A DNA stretch of 55,802 nt from Candidatus Moranbacteria bacterium GW2011_GWE2_36_40 (GTDB taxonomy: Bacteria > Patescibacteriota > Minisyncoccia > Moranbacterales > GWC2-37-73), in assembly GCA_000991645.1 (NCBI GenBank), contig LBRX01000005.1, positions 1-55,802 of the forward strand, written 5' to 3'. The notes below the pieces were generated by a model. That model was not told the origin of the DNA, ran no database searches, and saw only the letters and a program-made list of their open reading frames with translations. The translations under genes were made by a program, and so were the position numbers. Positions 30,582 through 38,956 of the stretch are shown piece by piece (the first letter of the stretch is position 1; each line of letters starts with the position of its first letter).

Positions 30582-30700
30582 ATGAATATTTGGGATAATT
30601 ACCCACGGACACACCGAACTGAGTTGGCATTCGTCTTATTGTTGTTGTTCGTGTTACCATCATTGAAATTGACGTTCCATGCGTTCGTGGTGGAGTTCTC

Positions 30701-30996
30701 CCGCACCTTTTAAACAGCACTATCTATACTTCTTTTTATGCGTCTGATGAGTTGTGCGTAAACTTTTCCAAACTGCTTCAATTTTTTCTCTCTATCACGC
30801 GCTTCAGTTTCTGTTCGATAAACTTCGCAATACACTACAACCAATGGTCTTCTGCACTTTGTTGATAAAACCTTTCCCTCATTATGCTTTTTCAAACGTG
30901 CAACAATACTCACAGTATATCCAATATAAAGTTTATGATCTTTTAGACTTTTTAGGATGTATAGATAATGCATATTTTTCTGTTTAAAAGGTGCGG
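30701..30996. mobile_element. 296-bp GIY-YIG mini-element with 17-bp TIRs and an 8-bp target-site duplication
   Basis: CCGCACCTTTTAAACAG (30701-30717) and CTGTTTAAAAGGTGCGG (30980-30996); GAGTTCTC duplicated at 30693-30700 and 30997-31004. Confidence 0.9.
30710..30973 (-). CDS. Stand-alone GIY-YIG nuclease (87 aa)
   Basis: MHYLYILKS...LYIGYT...RLKKHN...EARDREKKLK; stop codon lies inside one TIR and the start is 7 nt from the other. Confidence 0.9.
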   Translation of the reverse strand: MHYLYILKSLKDHKLYIGYTVSIVARLKKHNEGKVLSTKCRRPLVVVYCEVYRTETEARDREKKLKQFGKVYAQLIRRIKRSIDSAV

Positions 30997-31180
30997 GAGT
31001 TCTCAGTCTCGGACCAATAGTTGCTAGTACCGAAAAAAATATTTTCACTCTCTTCTATCATAAACATCAATCTGAATTAAGACCAATGTCGGTTTTTGCC
31101 CCAAAAACTGAGGCGGCGAAAATCGTGGTTATCGCAATATTTCTCTTTGCAAGCATTGCTGCAAAAGCAGACAAAAAAAC

Positions 31181-32320
31181 TCACAAACTCTGGCTGACTA
31201 AATTGATTTTCAAAAAACTATCTAAATATTCAAATTGTTTTGGCAATTTTTCACAAATTTTTTTCCGCAAAACCAAACTGGAACAATGTTTGAAATGACC
31301 GAAGTATGAATTCACAACTGAAACAGTTTTTTTGTCATCCATCAAATTAAAATGCAATTTATTTTTCAATCTTCCCACCACATCATTTTTTACCAAACAA
31401 TGAGTCGGTTTGATAAAATATCCCAAAAAATCAAGCCCCCTTTCCGTCGGCTGCATTTTGGTTTTCTTTTCGTTCAATTTTAATTTCAGATTTGTTTGCA
31501 AAAATTCATTCACAATTTTTGGCAATTGCCGCAATTTTTCCACATCTTCATCAATCACCACAAAATCATCAACATAGCGCAGATATTTTTTTATCTTCAA
31601 TTTCCTTTTTATAAACTGATCCAGCTCATTCATATACAAATTGGCAAAAAATTGTGAAGTGTAATTTCCGATTGGCAAACCCTTGTTTAGAGCTTGACCA
31701 AACATAGATTTGTGAACTGGCACTGATGCAAGCAATTCAAGATCTCCCTTTGTGACAAAATTTTCCTGACAACGATGAAAAATCAGCAATTTTCCAAGCC
31801 AAAGCATTTCAGTTTTCCATTGATTTTGTCTTTGCAATTTTGCAATAAATTTACTGAAGATATCAAACAAAATATTTTTATCAATACTGGTAAAAAAACT
31901 TGAAATATCCATTTTCAAATACCACTCCCTATTTCTCTGCTGATTATTTTTTTTGTTTTTAACAAAAAATTGCAACCTTTTGACAGCCTTTAATGTGCCC
32001 TTGCCTTTTAAGCAGGCATAGCTGTCAAAAACAAAACGATGTGAAGCATATTGAACGATTTCATTGACAAGCAAATGATGCACGATGCGGTCACGAAAAT
32101 CGGCGGCAAAAATTTCACGAATTTTTGGCTTATCAACTGCAAAACAAATTGAGCGACCTGGCACATAGGTTTTGTTTTTGAGTTCGCGAAGCAAAACTCT
32201 CAATTTATTTTCAAAATCAAGTTCAAAATCCAGCGCATTGATCGTCTTTCTCTTGTTTTCGCGACAAGACAAATACGCTTTGAAAATTTTTTCGTATGTG
32301 AAAATTATTGCCATACCCAT
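31181..32320 (-). CDS. DGR reverse transcriptase
   Basis: REIFAADFRDRIVHH, LKMDISSFFTSID, GLPIGNYTSQFFAN (DGR-type SQ motif), RYVDDF, DFLGY; 379 aa with no maturase/endonuclease tail. Confidence 0.95.
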   Translation of the reverse strand: MGMAIIFTYEKIFKAYLSCRENKRKTINALDFELDFENKLRVLLRELKNKTYVPGRSICFAVDKPKIREIFAADFRDRIVHHLLVNEIVQYASHRFVFDSYACLKGKGTLKAVKRLQFFVKNKKNNQQRNREWYLKMDISSFFTSIDKNILFDIFSKFIAKLQRQNQWKTEMLWLGKLLIFHRCQENFVTKGDLELLASVPVHKSMFGQALNKGLPIGNYTSQFFANLYMNELDQFIKRKLKIKKYLRYVDDFVVIDEDVEKLRQLPKIVNEFLQTNLKLKLNEKKTKMQPTERGLDFLGYFIKPTHCLVKNDVVGRLKNKLHFNLMDDKKTVSVVNSYFGHFKHCSSLVLRKKICEKLPKQFEYLDSFLKINLVSQSL

Positions 32321-32368
32321 TTTTTACTGCTTAATTCCAAAGGATCAAAATTCCAAATTCTGTTTTGA

Positions 32369-32968
32369 CTACCACCCACGGACACACCGAACTGAGTAGG
32401 CATTCGTCTTATTGAAGTAGTCCGTGTAACCATCATTGAAATTGACGTTCCATGCGCTCGTGGTGGAGTACTCAGTGGATGACCAATAGAAGGAAGTACC
32501 GAAATTATTGCCGAACGTCGCACGATTAGTGTATAGACATTGCAATTCCGTTTTAGTTGGAAGTCGTCCACCTGCAGCTTTGCACACATCGCGGCCGCAA
32601 TTTGGCTTGTCACAATTTGTGTTGGCTGTTTTCCATTGTTTAGTAGTGGCTTCATTGACTCTTTTGACAATTATATACGCACCATCGCCCAGACTGTTGG
32701 CGCAAGTTGTGTTAAGCGAGCAAAACCAAGTGCCATCGTCGCAAGTTTTGGCAGCCAATTTGACCTCTCCAGCGCCCGTGTCAACATTCACATTCCAAGT
32801 GTTGGCAATCCTGGAAGAATCTGTGAAGCTGTCAATCATTGACTGCGCCAAAGCATATAGCCCGAAAGAAACCATTCCGCCAAAAACGACCGCAACAAAC
32901 ATAATTGATTTTCTTTTTTTTGGATTATTTTTCCAATACTCCTTCAATTTTTCTTTTATTTTTTTCAT
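32369..32968 (-). CDS. DGR target protein: N-terminal TM plus C-terminal CLec-like (DUF1566/Lcl-type) domain
   Basis: GGRLPTKTEL...YWSSTE...AWNVNF...VRCVR motif; VR at the 3' end. Confidence 0.9.
   Translation of the reverse strand: MKKIKEKLKEYWKNNPKKRKSIMFVAVVFGGMVSFGLYALAQSMIDSFTDSSRIANTWNVNVDTGAGEVKLAAKTCDDGTWFCSLNTTCANSLGDGAYIIVKRVNEATTKQWKTANTNCDKPNCGRDVCKAAGGRLPTKTELQCLYTNRATFGNNFGTSFYWSSTEYSTTSAWNVNFNDGYTDYFNKTNAYSVRCVRGW
32374..32504 (-). repeat. DGR variable repeat (VR)
   Basis: Homologous to the TR once the insertion is removed; AAC codons changed to TAC, AGC, GAC or TTC. Confidence 0.95.
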
Positions 32969-33124
32969 AAGGTTATTTTTATAAGTTTATTTTAAAAATT
33001 AGCTATCTCCTTTTGGACTCTTTTGTTTGAAAAATATTTTATTGTTTTTACCTGTCGCTCGTGAGACACGTTGCTTGCGAACGACATGTGTCGAGTGACA
33101 GGTTTTGATTTTTGGTTCATTTTT

Positions 33125-34498
33125 TCATTTTTTAACAACCTCCCAATAACCACCCTTATCCGATCCGATTCTTTTGATTAGTTTTTCTTCTCTCAATTTG
33201 GCAATCTGTTTCTCCACAGCCCTGGAACTTATTCCCAATTTTTCCGCAACCTCCTTAGCGCTTATTTTAGCTCTTTTTCGCATCAAATTCAAAATTTTCT
33301 CCGAACTTTTCTCCGAACCTTTCTCCGAACTTTTCTCCGAACTTTTCTGGGCAGCTTTCTCCACACTTTTTTCCGAACTTTTTAAGATACTAGCCTCTTC
33401 GAATTCTTTACTGAAAATCGTGATGCAAAAACCACCAGAAGCCTCTTCAATAAAAGGTTCGGGAAGACCATAATCGCGAAAAATTTCAGCCACCAACTTG
33501 TTGCGTGGTGTTGATTTTCTTCTTCCCGCTTTAACATCATCCAAGGTTAAATCGAAAGGCAGCCATCCGCTATTCCAAAATTCTAATTTGTCAAAATAAA
33601 CGCGAAACTGCGAGTGCGTTCCTTCTTGGTAGTCGCGATGAATGATTGCGTTGATTACTATTTCTCGAATGGCATCAATTGGATATTGCCATCTTTCTTC
33701 ACGTTGCGGATTGCCAGTAATGATAAATTCTTTTAGAATATATATTTTTACGAATTCCATCACTTCGTCAACCTCACTAATCAAATCTCGCCTAATTACC
33801 TTGTCCTTTTTAATTGTAATATCGTTCTGAAACAAGCCAATTTGAATATCCGTTTGCCGCGAAGGCTCTTTTAAAAATAAAAGCAGGCTGGCATTGGTCG
33901 GATATTCGCTGCCATCATCTTCAACTATTAGAGAATACTTGCGCAAAAAACTGAAATTGTCACCCAGACTGACTGCCAAATTTTTTTCTATCATCAGTTT
34001 TGTCTTTTCAATTTTTTCTGTGTCCAAATCATCCAAACTTTTATCCCTGTTTGGATAAAAATCCCAGCTGGAATTTTTTGTCCGCAGATACATTTCGGAT
34101 ATTTCTTGCAAAGTCAGCAAGTGGTTTGAATTATTTTTTCGAACATAAAAGCGCCCCTTGAATGAAACGGGCTTCAAGGGAAATTCAGCCACATCAAAAA
34201 CGACGATTGTTTTTTTATCTATAACAAACTTTTCAATATCAACACTTAGAAATGGTTGTGTTTTGTTTTTAATTTCATTTGTCCAATTTTGAACACTTTC
34301 CTGATCCAATTTTACCCCACTTATCTTTCTTTTATCATTAACTCCAACAATTACCAGTCCGCCTTTGCGATTTGTCATAGCAACCAATGTTGTTATCACA
34401 TCATCAGAAAAAGACAGCTTGAATTCAACATTGCTGTTTTCCCCATCTGCTATTATTTTTTTTATTTTTTCTCTATCCATATCAATATTATATACCAA
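33125..34498 (-). CDS. AlbA_2 (Schlafen-like) + HATPase_c_4 + wHTH protein
   Basis: GENSNVEFK...GGLVIVGVND; YPIDAIREIVINAIIHRDY; SSEK tandem repeat; C-terminal HTH RIGSDKGGYWEV. Confidence 0.85.
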   Translation of the reverse strand: MVYNIDMDREKIKKIIADGENSNVEFKLSFSDDVITTLVAMTNRKGGLVIVGVNDKRKISGVKLDQESVQNWTNEIKNKTQPFLSVDIEKFVIDKKTIVVFDVAEFPLKPVSFKGRFYVRKNNSNHLLTLQEISEMYLRTKNSSWDFYPNRDKSLDDLDTEKIEKTKLMIEKNLAVSLGDNFSFLRKYSLIVEDDGSEYPTNASLLLFLKEPSRQTDIQIGLFQNDITIKKDKVIRRDLISEVDEVMEFVKIYILKEFIITGNPQREERWQYPIDAIREIVINAIIHRDYQEGTHSQFRVYFDKLEFWNSGWLPFDLTLDDVKAGRRKSTPRNKLVAEIFRDYGLPEPFIEEASGGFCITIFSKEFEEASILKSSEKSVEKAAQKSSEKSSEKGSEKSSEKILNLMRKRAKISAKEVAEKLGISSRAVEKQIAKLREEKLIKRIGSDKGGYWEVVKK

Positions 34499-34574
34499 AA
34501 ATAAAATCGGCGTTTTATCAGCGGTTTCTAGTTCAGCGACTCATCAGCGGTTTTAAATCAGCGACCTATCAGCG

Positions 34575-35099
34575 TTATTTCTGGATCAGCACATCATCCT
34601 CAAAAACCTTATCCGAAATAACCCTGCCTCTTGTTTCATCGGATGCAATTCCGATTTTGGCAAGATCAACGGCAAATTTTCGGCGTTTGATTTCTTTAGG
34701 GTTTTGCTGCTCTTGCTCATTGGCAAAAACTCCGGCTTTTTCTTTGAGTGACAATTCCAAGAGTTGCTGCTGTTCTTCGGTTAGTCTCATTTTGATAATT
34801 AAAAAGCCTTCTTGTTCAGCAGTAGAAAATTCTTTGTTTTCATCAGCCGTAAAAAGCACATCACCTCTTTGCAATGTTCCGGGAGCTCCACCTGTGTCAT
34901 AAATTTGAATCAAAAGCTGCACGGTTTTCTTTTCACCATTTTTAGCTGCCTCTTTGATACTCATTTTTTCGATTGCCGGAGTTTGCTTGTACCATTTGAC
35001 TGTTTTGTAAATTCCAAAAACCAGCGCGGAAATAATCAAAATTATCCCTATCACAAAGGCGAAGAATTTTTTCTTATTAGCAATTTGAATTTTTTTCAT
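34575..35099 (-). CDS. Hypothetical protein with N-terminal TM anchor
   Basis: 174-aa ORF with basic N-terminus and hydrophobic helix. Confidence 0.65.
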   Translation of the reverse strand: MKKIQIANKKKFFAFVIGIILIISALVFGIYKTVKWYKQTPAIEKMSIKEAAKNGEKKTVQLLIQIYDTGGAPGTLQRGDVLFTADENKEFSTAEQEGFLIIKMRLTEEQQQLLELSLKEKAGVFANEQEQQNPKEIKRRKFAVDLAKIGIASDETRGRVISDKVFEDDVLIQK

Positions 35100-35143
35100 A
35101 AGGTTTATTGAAAATGTTTATTGATTTAATTATAGCACGGTTT

Positions 35144-35171
35144 GTAGAGACGCATTGCAATGCGTCTCTAC
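35144..35171. repeat. GTAG-family REP palindrome A (GTAGAGACGCATTGCAATGCGTCTCTAC)
   Basis: Perfect 28-bp palindrome; full copies also at 18598, 36837, 37255 and 38924; partial or variant copies at 36538, 37187, 37214 and 38883. Confidence 0.95.
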
Positions 35172-35176
35172 ACAAA

Positions 35177-36448
35177 TCATTCCAAATCCAAGAGCCATTT
35201 CCAAAGTGGAATGAATTTTATTTTTTTACCCTTAATTATTTCGTTTTTTTCATAGTCCCAAGTAATCACAATCAAATCATTGCATTTCAATTCATCACTG
35301 GCCGTGACGAGCGCGCCAGATTCCCTTTCCTTGACGCCCATTTTATCAACATTATATACAACTTGGATTAAGCTTTCAGTCTTCAACTCGCCACGCAAAA
35401 CAAAATCAATTTCCTTGTTGTTTTTTGTTTTATAATAAAATAAATTTTGATTAGATTTGTAACCTCTTTTCAAAAGTTCTGAAAAAACCAAGTTTTCCAT
35501 CAGTTTTCCATTATTTGCAGACGCTTGCACTGCCTTGGCGGTAATGTAGCCATTATCCACGAGATAGGCTTTTTTGGGCAAATTTATTCTTTCTCCGACC
35601 TTATGCGAATATCTTTCAAGGACATGCAGCAAATATGCACCCTCAAGATATCCCAAAAATTTCTCAAGCGTCGCCACACTAGAAAAATCCAACTGATTTG
35701 CAAGTTTGCGATAACTGAACTCGCTGGCAAAATTATTCAGCAGAAAAATTTCAAGATTGTAAATTTTTTGCGACAATCTGAGCCTATACCTTTTGATGAT
35801 GTCTGTGAAAATTTGTGAATTTAACAGTGTATCCAAATACCCTCTTGGTTCAAGATCTTTGACGATTAATTCAGGAAAGCCGCCATTGATTAAATATTCT
35901 TGCAATAATTTTAGCAACTGCCCTTTTATCTCGGGAACATTTATTTCATCTTTTTTGAAAACAAATTTTTTTGCTGTCAAAAATTCATTGAAGTTGAATG
36001 GCAAAATCTCAATTGGAATGTGTCGCCCAGTAAGGCTGGTGGACAATTCCTTGCTAAGCAATTTTGCGTTTGAACCAGTCAGCATAATATTATATCCTTG
36101 TCGATGAAGCCTGTTGATATACAATTCCCAATCAGGCAAGTTTTGAATTTCATCAAACAATAAATATTTGCCGCTACCATAAATTGCATGCAACTCTCTG
36201 GTTATCTCGTCATAGTTTTTAACTTTGGTCAGATTTTCATCATCAAAATTCACATAGGCAGGATTATGCCCACGAAAAAGATGCGCGGAAAAAATTGATT
36301 TTCCTGCACGCCGTGGTCCCAATACAACTTTGACCAAATCGTTGGCGACGAATTTTTTGGCGTTTTTGGTTGCATCTCTTTCAATAAATGGCTTATCTAA
36401 AAGTTTTTCCAGCTCTTTTTTCTGTCCTATTAAGATATCTTTTAGCAT
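35177..36448 (-). CDS. AAA_14/DUF4143 ATPase
   Basis: GPRRAGKS, LLFDEIQ, TGSNAKLL, GGFPE, EIDFV...LIQV; start re-assigned to MLKDIL. Confidence 0.9.
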   Translation of the reverse strand: MLKDILIGQKKELEKLLDKPFIERDATKNAKKFVANDLVKVVLGPRRAGKSIFSAHLFRGHNPAYVNFDDENLTKVKNYDEITRELHAIYGSGKYLLFDEIQNLPDWELYINRLHRQGYNIMLTGSNAKLLSKELSTSLTGRHIPIEILPFNFNEFLTAKKFVFKKDEINVPEIKGQLLKLLQEYLINGGFPELIVKDLEPRGYLDTLLNSQIFTDIIKRYRLRLSQKIYNLEIFLLNNFASEFSYRKLANQLDFSSVATLEKFLGYLEGAYLLHVLERYSHKVGERINLPKKAYLVDNGYITAKAVQASANNGKLMENLVFSELLKRGYKSNQNLFYYKTKNNKEIDFVLRGELKTESLIQVVYNVDKMGVKERESGALVTASDELKCNDLIVITWDYEKNEIIKGKKIKFIPLWKWLLDLE

Positions 36449-36589
36449 ATAGTTAAATGTTTGTACTGAACAATAATTAATGTTTCTGTTCAATACGATT
36501 ATTTTATTGTAAAGCTCATTTTTTGTCAAATCAAAAGGTAGCGACGCCCCGGCGGGGCGTCTCTACATCCGCGTCCCCATTGGCGTTAT

Positions 36590-37165
36590 CTATATCCACA
36601 AATTTTCCAGATTATTTCTATCCCTTTCCCACGCTTCAGGATTTGTCTGAATATATTCGCGAATTTTGTTCAAAGATTTATTATTTCTAATGACATGGTC
36701 ATAAAATCTGGATTGCCAGGTGAAATTCAAATTGCACATGTGGCAACGTTTTGTCGTGGCACCTTTGAAACCACGAATGATGGATGATAAATTATTACGC
36801 TGTGGTCCAAATTTGTTTTTATATTGATTTACGTCTGTAGAGACGCATTGCAATGCGTCTCTACACGTTAAAATATCATCTCGCGTTAATTCATTTTTGA
36901 TTTCAATAATCCCATGCAAATGATTTGGCATAATCGTCCATTCGTCTAAAATTATATCCTGACGGATAATTGGCGTTTGCGACCATTCTTCTTTGACGAT
37001 TTTTCCAATTTCATTAAAAATCATTTTTCCATCAACAATTTCGCCAAAAAATTCTTCGCGATTTTTCGTGCAGATCGTGACGAAATACATTCCGTTTTGG
37101 GAATAATCATAATTTTGCAAACGTGATGTTTGGATGCGGAATTTGTTTTTGAATTTTTCGTACAT
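36590..37165 (-). CDS. REP-associated tyrosine transposase (RAYT, Y1 HUH)
   Basis: RLQNYDYS..GMYFVTICT, MPNHLHGII (HUH), WQSRFYDHVIR...YIQTNP; flanked by and containing GTAG REPs. Confidence 0.9.
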   Translation of the reverse strand: MYEKFKNKFRIQTSRLQNYDYSQNGMYFVTICTKNREEFFGEIVDGKMIFNEIGKIVKEEWSQTPIIRQDIILDEWTIMPNHLHGIIEIKNELTRDDILTCRDALQCVSTDVNQYKNKFGPQRNNLSSIIRGFKGATTKRCHMCNLNFTWQSRFYDHVIRNNKSLNKIREYIQTNPEAWERDRNNLENLWI

Positions 37166-37186
37166 GGTTTTTGTTTTGTGTGTATT

Positions 37187-37420
37187 GTAGAGACGCAAAA
37201 TTTGTCGGGCATGGTAGAGACGCATTGCAATGCGTCTGAATTTTGTCGGGCATGGTAGAGACGCATTGCAATGCGTCTCTACGGGTTTGGTTTACCTCCG
37301 CATTTCAACCTTGCCAGTATTGTACAAATTGGAAATTCCTTGGGCGGAAAGGGCTTGGAACGTTAGCAGTTTCACTGCTGTACGTTCCGCGGTTGTACAA
37401 ATGAGTTTCGTCAAGTTACC
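37187..37420. repeat. REP cluster (37187-37282) plus orphan LamG end (37292-37420) with inverted hairpin C
   Basis: LDETHLYNR[ins]ALSAQGISNLYNTGKVEMRR* abuts the ATPase stop at 37421; tandem TTTGTCGGGCATG-REP units. Confidence 0.9.
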
Positions 37421-38797
37421 TTATCTCAACATCCAAACTGGAATCAAAATCTTATCACCAAGAATTCCGAAATCATTTTTTGTAACCACAATCAAGTCAT
37501 TCCCGCTTTTGGCTGACAACTTTTTTGCAAATTTTAGATCATTAAAAGGCACAGTTTCTCTATATTTAATCTCAATATGTTGATATTTTTTTGAATCCAA
37601 GATATTATCAGTTGCCAAAAAGTCAACCTCATCTTTTCGCACCCGTTTGAATGAAACAAAATCAAATCTTTTTTTAAGCAACAATAAGCAATAATTTTCC
37701 ACTAAAAACCCCATCTTATAATTCAATTGACCATCATTAGACCAAGCATTGAATGCTGAAAAAAAATTCGGACTGCCAAGATAAACCTTTTTGCCAAGGC
37801 GCCGAGATTTTCTTGCAGATTTGGTAAAATTATAAAGCAAATGAATCAAAAAACTTTCTTCGAAATAATTAAGATATTTTTTGACAGTTTTCTCATCAAT
37901 TCCTATTTCGCGTGCAATATTACCAGTTTCAACAACTGAGCCTATCTCATTAACCAGGACCTGGAACAAAAATTTAAGCTCATCTACTTTTTCCACACCA
38001 AAAATCTTTGGGATGTCATATTCGATCGTCTTTTTATAAATTGCATCTGTCAGATGTTTCCTAACAATCGACAAATTTTCTTCTCCGACAATTTCTGGAA
38101 ACTGTCCGTATTTAATATAATTCTCAAATTCTTTTTCCATCACACTTCCATGTTGCTGGAAAAATTTTTCCGCAAATTTAACATCTTCTATTTTTTTATC
38201 AAAAGAAATTCCAACTTTTAGATATTCCTCCAACATTTTTTGGTCAACATTTTTCAATTCCAAATATTCTTCGAAAGTAAGTACGGGCAAAGAAAACTCA
38301 TAGATTCTGCCAGCCAAACTCTCAGTGGTTTTTTTACGCAAAAACAATGAAGAAGATCCGCTTACTACAAACTTTATTCGTGTGTCGGTGTCATAATATC
38401 TTTTAATGATGTGCTGCCATTTTTGATTGTATTGTATTTCATCCAAGAAAACATACAACTGACCTTTTTCGGGTGCGATTTTTTCCAAATATTCATTGAG
38501 GTAATTTGCCAAAGTGATATTTCCAGGAATAATCGCTTCATCAAAAGTCAAAAATAAAATTGCCTCAAGCTTTACTGTTGCGGATAGTTTTTCAATAAGC
38601 TGTTTAAGTAAAATTGTCTTGCCAGTGCGCCTCAGGCCAACGATGGACAAAACCTGCCTCGTATCAAGATATGGCGAAATTTCAGCGTATAATTTGCGCT
38701 TATATTTGATATCTTTAAGCTCAGCAAAAAACTCCCCTGGTGCATTCCAGTGCTTATTCTGTCGATAAATTTCCGCTAAAATAAAGGATTTTTTCAT
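37421..38797 (-). CDS. AAA_14/DUF4143 ATPase
   Basis: GLRRTGKT, VFLDEIQ, SGSSSL, GQFPE, EVDF...IEIK; start re-assigned to MKKSF. Confidence 0.9.
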   Translation of the reverse strand: MKKSFILAEIYRQNKHWNAPGEFFAELKDIKYKRKLYAEISPYLDTRQVLSIVGLRRTGKTILLKQLIEKLSATVKLEAILFLTFDEAIIPGNITLANYLNEYLEKIAPEKGQLYVFLDEIQYNQKWQHIIKRYYDTDTRIKFVVSGSSSLFLRKKTTESLAGRIYEFSLPVLTFEEYLELKNVDQKMLEEYLKVGISFDKKIEDVKFAEKFFQQHGSVMEKEFENYIKYGQFPEIVGEENLSIVRKHLTDAIYKKTIEYDIPKIFGVEKVDELKFLFQVLVNEIGSVVETGNIAREIGIDEKTVKKYLNYFEESFLIHLLYNFTKSARKSRRLGKKVYLGSPNFFSAFNAWSNDGQLNYKMGFLVENYCLLLLKKRFDFVSFKRVRKDEVDFLATDNILDSKKYQHIEIKYRETVPFNDLKFAKKLSAKSGNDLIVVTKNDFGILGDKILIPVWMLR

Positions 38798-38956
38798 ATT
38801 TTTACATTTATAGGTATTAAAACTACTATAAATGTAACATTTATAAGAAAACCCGTCAATTATAATGTTTTCGTCACACCCAGTAGAGACGCCCCGCCGG
38901 TCCAAATTTGTTTTGTGTGCATGGTAGAGACGCATTGCAATGCGTCTCTACGGGTT

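Larger units (their letters stand above)
30601..31035 (-). ncRNA. DGR template repeat (TR), split into 30601-30700 and 30997-31035 by an inserted element
   Basis: 30601-30700 matches VR 32374-32473 at 92/100, with all 8 differences at TR adenines; AAC-rich. Confidence 0.95.

Noticed and set aside
30974..31048. N-terminal extension of the GIY-YIG ORF (and MCPWV... extension of avd) in the ORF track
   Set aside because: These read through TIR/TR sequence; family-typical starts are at 30973 and 30581
31181..32320. RT as a group II intron, retron or Abi RT
   Set aside because: The SQ motif, short length, adjacent avd and an A-specific TR/VR pair identify a DGR
32305..32670. 121-aa overlapping ORF across the VR
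   Set aside because: Alternative frame of the DGR target with no recognisable motif
36590..37225. IS200/IS605 insertion sequence
   Set aside because: No tnpB; RAYT-type motifs and multiple GTAG REPs fit a REP-associated transposase
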